Source of the DNA: Candidatus Babelota bacterium
GTDB lineage: Bacteria > Babelota > Babeliae > Babelales > Vermiphilaceae
DNA: 64,000 nucleotides
NCBI GenBank assembly: GCA_049325595.1
Contig: JBMOLF010000001.1
Location: forward strand, 64,001-128,000
Direction: 5' to 3'
Numbering within the stretch: the stretch's first letter is position 1; each line of letters opens with the position of its first letter. Position numbers and translations under genes: made by a program. Shown here one piece after another: positions 58,008 through 64,000 of this stretch. Under the pieces are notes generated by a model. That model did not search any database, was not told the origin of the DNA, and was given only the letters and a program-made list of their open reading frames with translations.

Positions 58008-58830
58008 CCCTAGGAGAAGAAAGAGAAATAACCGAAAGATCGGGCAAATATTCTTCTGCGCCCTCCATCATCATACTCATATCTTCTTGATTTGCATTGT
58101 TGGTTTTGACCTTATATACGTGTTCAAAAATATGCTGGGAAAATCCTAATTTTTTTTGCGCCGGGATCAACCATAATGGTATGTCTTTACGTTCAACACT
58201 TGCAGGCAAGAAAATCTCAAACGGCTCATCTTCCCGTAATAAAGACACAAAGCTTTCTGGTAAATAGGTTATTTTCAAGGGGTGGTGTTTACCATCTTCT
58301 GGTGAAAAACCAAAATAATTTAAATTGATCTTTTTGCCACAAAACATCTTTGAAAGTGCTGATAGGCAAACAGGTACCATTACCGTATCTCCCGACAATA
58401 AGGCACCAAGAGCACAAACCAATTCCTCTTTATTTTCAAGTTCTTTTAAAAGACAAATTGGTTTATCTTCTTTTATCGCTATATAAGCTTCAAGATGCGC
58501 ACAGTTATTATGTTTTCCCCAAGGCAGAATACCTTCATGAACAATTTTGCGTTTTTTAGTTGGTCCACCTAATTCGTTTGATGCAGCTCTTTTAAAACCA
58601 GTATGCTTTTCTAATTTTACTTTTTTTTGAGCAGCAAATGCGTGGTCATCGGTCACTTTTCTTTTAACACCTTGTTTTTTTGATTGAGTAGCAACAAAAA
58701 ATACCGGAGCGCTTTTACGAGCTTGCGCAATGCATAATGGTATTCCCTGGTGCTCATCAACCATTTCAATGTCCATAGCTAGTGCCGATGTTATAGAAAA
58801 AAGAATGAGAAAAGCAAAAAGCATCATCAA
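57982..58830 (-). CDS. Hypothetical secreted protein with two bipartite NLS-like motifs
   Basis: Signal peptide ending ALA-MD; KR-x11-KKVK and KR-x10-KKRK. Confidence 0.72.
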   Translation of the reverse strand: MMMLFAFLILFSITSALAMDIEMVDEHQGIPLCIAQARKSAPVFFVATQSKKQGVKRKVTDDHAFAAQKKVKLEKHTGFKRAASNELGGPTKKRKIVHEGILPWGKHNNCAHLEAYIAIKEDKPICLLKELENKEELVCALGALLSGDTVMVPVCLSALSKMFCGKKINLNYFGFSPEDGKHHPLKITYLPESFVSLLREDEPFEIFLPASVERKDIPLWLIPAQKKLGFSQHIFEHVYKVKTNNANQEDMSMMMEGAEEYLPDLSVISLSSPRVDEAHGRT

Positions 58831-58838
58831 AAAAATCC

Positions 58839-60770
58839 TTAACTTAATTGCGACCCGGAAATCACTGGTTGCTCGGGCATCATAAGTTTAAGATTACCAG
58901 CTTCATCTTTTGCAAAAAGCATCATACCCTGTGATTCTAAGCCTAAAATCTTTCTTGGCTTAAGATTTACTACAAACAAAGCTTGTTTGCCAATCAATTG
59001 TTCAGGTTGATAATATTTACGAATGCCAGACAATACTTGTCGCATACCATCAGCACCAAAATCAACTTGTAGCTTAAGCAATTTATCTGATTGATCTACA
59101 AAAGTGCATTCTTTAATAGTACCTACTTTGAGTTGAACTTTGGCAAAATCTTCTATGCCAATATAGGTTGGTTCTTCAATTTTTGGTTGTTCAATTTTTT
59201 CTGGTGCAGCAGTTTCTCGCTCACTCATTGGTTTTGCAAATAAGGCATCAATTTTGTGTAACATAAATCGTTCTTTCCATATACCAAGCTTAAGTAAATC
59301 AACTATATTGGTCTCATGAGCTATTGTTTTGCCCAAACTTTTAAGCAATTGCTCCATTTTTTCAGGCATTACCGGCCATAATAATAATCCAACGGTGTAC
59401 AACCCATGAGCAGCAGCACTTATTACCTGCTCAAACTCTGCTCGATTATTTTTTACTAATTTCCATGGTTCTTGTGAATGAAAATAAGCATTTACCTGAT
59501 TAATAAATTTCCACAGCTTTGCCAATGCCATGTGAAATTGAAATTCATCCATGCTCAGTTCATATTCTTGAACAGCATTTAAGCATTGGTCTCGTAATTC
59601 AATAGCAGCGACTGACCATACGGCTTTTGGTGCTACATCATAAAAATCATACTTATGAGCCAATGTTACTAATCGGTTAAGTAAATTACCCAAATCATTG
59701 GCTAAATCAGATTCAATCTTTTGCTCAAGATCTGCAATGCTAAATTCACTATCATGAGTAATAGCAAGAGCACGTAATAAGTAATAACGAACTGGATCAG
59801 CACCATAGGCTTCTTTTAATGCGATAGGGTCAATAACATTGCCCAATGATTTGGACATCTTCTGCGCACCAACTTTAATCCATCCATGCACCAATAAATG
59901 TTTTGGTAATGCCAGACCACTTGCCATTAAAAATGCTGGCCAATACACCGCATGGAACCGCACAATATCTTTGCCCATAATGTGCACATCGGCCGGCCAC
60001 CAGAAATTAAATTCCTGTTCTTTGCCTGGTTGATCATAACCTACGCCAGTAATGTAATTGTTAAGTGCATCAGCCCACACATAGGTTACATGTTTATTAT
60101 CGCCCGGAAATGGAATACCCCACGTAATGGTAGTTCGAGAAATACTCAAATCTTTTAAACCCGATTTTACAAAACTGATAACTTCGGCAAAACGCTCTTT
60201 TGGTACAATAAAATCAGGGTTTTCTTCATAAAATTTTAATAAACGCTCTTGATAGGCAGACAATCTAAAAAAATAAGTTTCTTCTGACACCCAATGGGTC
60301 GCTCTGCCACATGAAGGGCACGGCGGCATTTCTTGCTCATGAGCTTCATGCTCAGTAACAAATGTTTCACACGAAGTACAATACCAGCCTTTATAAAATG
60401 CTTTATAAATATCGCCCTGCGCTAACAATTGAGAAAGCCAATCTTGTACTGCTTTTACATGATAATCATCAGTAGTGCGAATAAATTTGGTATATTCAAT
60501 TTCATAATCAGACCAAGCCTTTTTATACGCATCTATAAAGCTATCAACAAACTCTTTGGGCTTTTTGCCCGCTTGCTCAGCCGCTTGGGCTATTTTTTGG
60601 CCATGCTCATCGGTACCCGTTAAGAAAAACACCTTTTTACCTTTAATCTTATTCCATCGCGCACTCACATCGGCAAGCACGGTAGAATATAACGACCCTA
60701 AATGTGGTCGTGCGGTAACATAGTAAATAGGAGTAGTAACATACCATTTATTCTTAGGGATTGATGACAT
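58839..60770 (-). CDS. metG: Methionyl-tRNA synthetase with C-terminal tRNA-binding domain
   Basis: TTPIYY, HLGS (HIGH), GTDEHG, KMSKS, NLKPRK..G.ESQGM. Confidence 0.97.
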   Translation of the reverse strand: MSSIPKNKWYVTTPIYYVTARPHLGSLYSTVLADVSARWNKIKGKKVFFLTGTDEHGQKIAQAAEQAGKKPKEFVDSFIDAYKKAWSDYEIEYTKFIRTTDDYHVKAVQDWLSQLLAQGDIYKAFYKGWYCTSCETFVTEHEAHEQEMPPCPSCGRATHWVSEETYFFRLSAYQERLLKFYEENPDFIVPKERFAEVISFVKSGLKDLSISRTTITWGIPFPGDNKHVTYVWADALNNYITGVGYDQPGKEQEFNFWWPADVHIMGKDIVRFHAVYWPAFLMASGLALPKHLLVHGWIKVGAQKMSKSLGNVIDPIALKEAYGADPVRYYLLRALAITHDSEFSIADLEQKIESDLANDLGNLLNRLVTLAHKYDFYDVAPKAVWSVAAIELRDQCLNAVQEYELSMDEFQFHMALAKLWKFINQVNAYFHSQEPWKLVKNNRAEFEQVISAAAHGLYTVGLLLWPVMPEKMEQLLKSLGKTIAHETNIVDLLKLGIWKERFMLHKIDALFAKPMSERETAAPEKIEQPKIEEPTYIGIEDFAKVQLKVGTIKECTFVDQSDKLLKLQVDFGADGMRQVLSGIRKYYQPEQLIGKQALFVVNLKPRKILGLESQGMMLFAKDEAGNLKLMMPEQPVISGSQLS

Positions 60771-60979
60771 GTGGTAATTCCTTTGCAATAATAAAGAGCA
60801 TTTTATTGCTTTTTAGAATAACCGAAATTATGACAAACATAAAGTTTGATGGCCCTGCCAGAAAATGTGCCATTAACCAACTCTTTCTAGTATAATCGCA
60901 GTATATTAAAGCCATCGCAGCTCAAGCACAAAAATTACAAGAAAAGCACAAAAAAGAAAAAATGGATTCACATTAAGAT

Positions 60980-61005
60980 TAAGGCGCAACATATGTTGCG
61001 CCTTA
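60980..61005. terminator. Perfect 26-bp palindrome, probable terminator hairpin
   Basis: TAAGGCGCAACATATGTTGCGCCTTA, 12 nt downstream of the stop at 61018. Confidence 0.65.
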
Positions 61006-61017
61006 TAAATATTCTAT

Positions 61018-61782
61018 TTACGAAATATAGTCATCTGCTCTTAATTGCTTGTACACCGTTTTAAGCCAGGTAATTAAACTTAATTGCGCTTGGTCTATGG
61101 CAATAACACTATCAAGATCATCAGCATTAGCCGATTCATCGGTAGTACTGCCTATAGTACTAGCCAAATCTTGATAGGCATCAGCAAGAACCATTACTTT
61201 TTGCTCGACGCTGAGCAAAACTGATTCAAGATACGCAACGCGCATTTCGATATTCTCAAGCATCTGACCAGAATTAGTTATACCATCTTGATTTGCCTGA
61301 ATATCATTTTTAATAATACTCAATTCTTCAACTAGTTCTTTTTTTACTTTATCTAGGGCAGTTTTTAATCCACGTAAATCTTTAGTGTGAATCAAATCTA
61401 CTAATGCTTTTAGTTCTTTACTACGTTTAAGTAATTTTGCTAATGCTTTTGCATGCAAAGATTGCACATCTGGCGAAACAATTTGATTATTTTCATTTAT
61501 TGAAACTGATAAGCGATCACATAATTCATGTATTGCTGCGTTGTCGGTAAAATCAGATTGCATAGTAAGCGATTCTTTTAGGTTTTTACACTCAGTAACC
61601 AATTCTTCAACTGTTTTTAATAATTGTGAAAAATAAAGTTCTTTGGTAACTGGCTTTTCGTGTTTTTCGCATGAAACAGGATCAATCAGCGACGCAGAAT
61701 AAGTAGTTTGATCGTCATGTGCAATTACCGAACAGCAAAGCATTAAGCATAAAACTGCCATTGCATGTTTTGTACAATTCAT
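61018..61782 (-). CDS. Hypothetical secreted coiled-coil protein
   Basis: AAGGAG RBS, signal peptide, heptads. Confidence 0.72.
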   Translation of the reverse strand: MNCTKHAMAVLCLMLCCSVIAHDDQTTYSASLIDPVSCEKHEKPVTKELYFSQLLKTVEELVTECKNLKESLTMQSDFTDNAAIHELCDRLSVSINENNQIVSPDVQSLHAKALAKLLKRSKELKALVDLIHTKDLRGLKTALDKVKKELVEELSIIKNDIQANQDGITNSGQMLENIEMRVAYLESVLLSVEQKVMVLADAYQDLASTIGSTTDESANADDLDSVIAIDQAQLSLITWLKTVYKQLRADDYIS

Positions 61783-61853
61783 GGTTCTCCTTTTTTAATA
61801 GTGCTCTTACTCTCATCAAGATCAATTTTTTTAACAATACATGTCAATGATCA

Positions 61854-62915
61854 TTACGCAAAGACATCAATCCACAATTGGTTAATTTCTTGATCAGGAA
61901 TTATATTACGCAGAAAATCATAACGATTAATATTTTCAATTAAATTAGTGCACCATTCTTTGTCTAGCGCCGCAACATCGGTGCGAGCCGGGCAATAGCC
62001 ATATAACGCTGCATTGTGCTCAATTACGTCTGGCCGTAGTAAAAAGTTAAGCAAGGCATATACTAATTCATCTTTTTGTGTAGCAGCAGGAATAGCAAAT
62101 GCATCAATCACCGCTAAACTTCCTGACGATGGTATAACAAAACCTAAATTGGGAGTATGAGCTTTATATCGCATATATTCTGATGAAAGAACCAAGGCCA
62201 ATTGACAACTTTTTGTTTTTAATAAACTTGCTGCACGTTCAATACTGTAAGTTTCTATATGCTTTTTTTGTTGCTGAAGTACCTGCTTAATTTCAGCTAA
62301 TTTTTCTTTGTTAGTTAAGGCATTAATCGAGCCAAAACGGTGCAACGCTGCAAGCATTACCGCTTCACGTGCTTCATCGGTCATGCATACGGTGTATTTA
62401 CCTGGACTAAAAAGAATATCCCATCTATCAAGGGGAATGCCCTGCGGAAAATCATCAGTGCTATAGCCAATACCATAAACTCCCAAATAATAAGGAACTG
62501 CATATTCGTTAGTTTTATCAAAATAATGTCCCATTAATTGTGGAAAAATCAAAGACCATGCAGCAATCTTATCGGGTTGAATTTTTTTGAGTAACCCTTC
62601 TTGTTTTAACAATTCTATCGAATGGTCATCAGGCATAATCAAATCGTAATCTTTGCCACCAGTAGTGCGCATTTTGCTCAACAATGATTGGCTATCTTCA
62701 TAGTAAGCAACATGTAATGCTATACCAGATTCTTTTTCAAACTTTTTAAAAGTCTGCTCATCAAACATAGCAGGCGGCACTAAAATTGTTAAACTCAAGC
62801 GAGCCGTTACCAATTTTTGGTGTATTTTAGGAATCATCAAAAATAAAAAGATAATGCTCAACCACCCTGCAACAATTATCGGATACCAAAAAAAAGAGAA
62901 CGATCTGCTGTTCAT
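61854..62915 (-). CDS. potD: Spermidine/putrescine ABC transporter substrate-binding protein
   Basis: FEKE.GI, YDLI.P, FD..N.YAVPY..G..GI.Y, D.FAIP, LNFLL.P. Confidence 0.85.
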   Translation of the reverse strand: MNSRSFSFFWYPIIVAGWLSIIFLFLMIPKIHQKLVTARLSLTILVPPAMFDEQTFKKFEKESGIALHVAYYEDSQSLLSKMRTTGGKDYDLIMPDDHSIELLKQEGLLKKIQPDKIAAWSLIFPQLMGHYFDKTNEYAVPYYLGVYGIGYSTDDFPQGIPLDRWDILFSPGKYTVCMTDEAREAVMLAALHRFGSINALTNKEKLAEIKQVLQQQKKHIETYSIERAASLLKTKSCQLALVLSSEYMRYKAHTPNLGFVIPSSGSLAVIDAFAIPAATQKDELVYALLNFLLRPDVIEHNAALYGYCPARTDVAALDKEWCTNLIENINRYDFLRNIIPDQEINQLWIDVFA

Positions 62916-63706
62916 TGGAGAAAATCCATCTTTTTAATTTTCAATGAAGAGAACAATAACACTAAAGCACTACTTATAAGCAATAACAATGTCGAAAGAG
63001 CGTTTATCACTGGCGTAGCGCCACTTCTAATTAAAGCAAAAATATGTATGGGCAACGTTTGCGTTGCTGATCCCGCACAAAAAAATGAAATAATAAAATC
63101 ATCCAACGATACGACAAACACTAACAATGATGCTGCTGCCAACGCTGGTGCAAGTAAAGGAATATATACTTTTCTAAAGGTTTGTCCTTGTGTTGCACCT
63201 AAATCCATAGAAGCTTCCATATAACGTTTATCAAGTTCATCAAAGCGAGATTTGACAATAGGCACCACATAGCCAAGTCCAATCAAAGTATGGCCAGCAA
63301 TTAACGTTGTCAGTCCAAGAGGTACGCTCAGAATAATAAATAAATTGAGTAATCCAACTGCTAAAACAATTTCTGGCATTGCAAGACTTGCATAAAAAAG
63401 TACCACCAAATTTGCTACGTAATTTTTACTGCTATATAGCACAAAAAGAGTTCCTAAAGTGAGGCTTAATAACACCGTAGCACCTGCTACGATTAATGAA
63501 TTTTTAAGAGCAATCCAAATAGCAGCACTTTGCCACAATTCTTGATACCAACGAAGCGAAAATCCTTCCCACTCAAATGGTGTTGCGCCATGGTTAAAGG
63601 AAAATAAAACCAGTACTATAATGGGCAAATACATAAAAAGATAGGTTACTAATCCCACCACCGGCCAAAAGGAAGAAGTTGATATTTTAAATCGAGAAGT
63701 GGCCAT
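62912..63706 (-). CDS. potC: Spermidine/putrescine ABC transporter permease
   Basis: FMYLPI.....FSFN, FSLRWY, EASMDLGA, SLDDF..SFF, TLP. Confidence 0.92.
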   Translation of the reverse strand: MATSRFKISTSSFWPVVGLVTYLFMYLPIIVLVLFSFNHGATPFEWEGFSLRWYQELWQSAAIWIALKNSLIVAGATVLLSLTLGTLFVLYSSKNYVANLVVLFYASLAMPEIVLAVGLLNLFIILSVPLGLTTLIAGHTLIGLGYVVPIVKSRFDELDKRYMEASMDLGATQGQTFRKVYIPLLAPALAAASLLVFVVSLDDFIISFFCAGSATQTLPIHIFALIRSGATPVINALSTLLLLISSALVLLFSSLKIKKMDFLQ

Positions 63707-63708
63707 AA

Positions 63709-64000
63709 TTATTTCCTTTGTACGCGAGGATTAATAAACCATTTAAATACACGCATTATTGCCCATGCACTTAGAGCAAGAACAACTCCACTCAATATCG
63801 TAAACGCAGATCCTCTACCAATATCGCGCGCTGAAAGGAAAAATTGTGAAATAAGTGGACCAACAAATAAATAACGTCCGCCACCTAAGAGTACGGGAAT
63901 TACTAATTCACCAAAGGCTGGTACAAACACCAAAAAAAAGCCCGTTCTAATGCCTGGTAGAGATAAAGGCAATGTAACATGTTTAAAGGTATTCCATGCA
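63709..64000 (-). CDS. potB: Spermidine/putrescine ABC transporter permease, 3' part (truncated by window end)
   Basis: PLSLPGI..G..LVF.PA.G..VIP.LLGG motif upstream of potC. Confidence 0.88.
   Translation of the reverse strand, partial: AWNTFKHVTLPLSLPGIRTGFFLVFVPAFGELVIPVLLGGGRYLFVGPLISQFFLSARDIGRGSAFTILSGVVLALSAWAIMRVFKWFINPRVQRK

Overview
Low-GC bacterial chromosome segment. Its gene content (many orphan signal-peptide proteins, an ankyrin-repeat protein, collagen/C1q-like surface proteins) resembles a protist-associated intracellular bacterium such as Candidatus Dependentiae/Babelota (TM6); this taxonomy is inference only. Housekeeping genes: gyrB (3' end), tilS, mpg, dnaJ, nurA, sufU plus sufCBDS, a split PilB/GspE ATPase, HU, tRNA-Leu(TAA), tRNA-Cys(GCA), two rhodaneses, lepB, batA-E-like genes, plsC, rpe, a TrxB-Trx fusion, topA, metG and potBCD. 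Two observations stand out. (1) An AT-rich ~12 kb minus-strand island (42.4-54.4 kb) looks like an uncharacterised polymorphic-toxin system. It carries two paralogous AAA+ ATPases with signal peptide-like N-termini, a 1073-aa signal-peptide protein with a C-terminal PD-(D/E)XK nuclease, tandem paralogous immunity-like genes, a family of small secreted C-x16/18-C proteins and an orphan RNase-like toxin tip. (2) An M23 peptidase gene is joined to its upstream membrane-anchor ORF by a complete-looking bacterial -1 programmed frameshift cassette (internal SD, G_GGA_AAG, stop codon, stem-loop). No CRISPR array, rRNA, integrase or transposase was seen. All family calls come from motif recognition by eye, not database searches.
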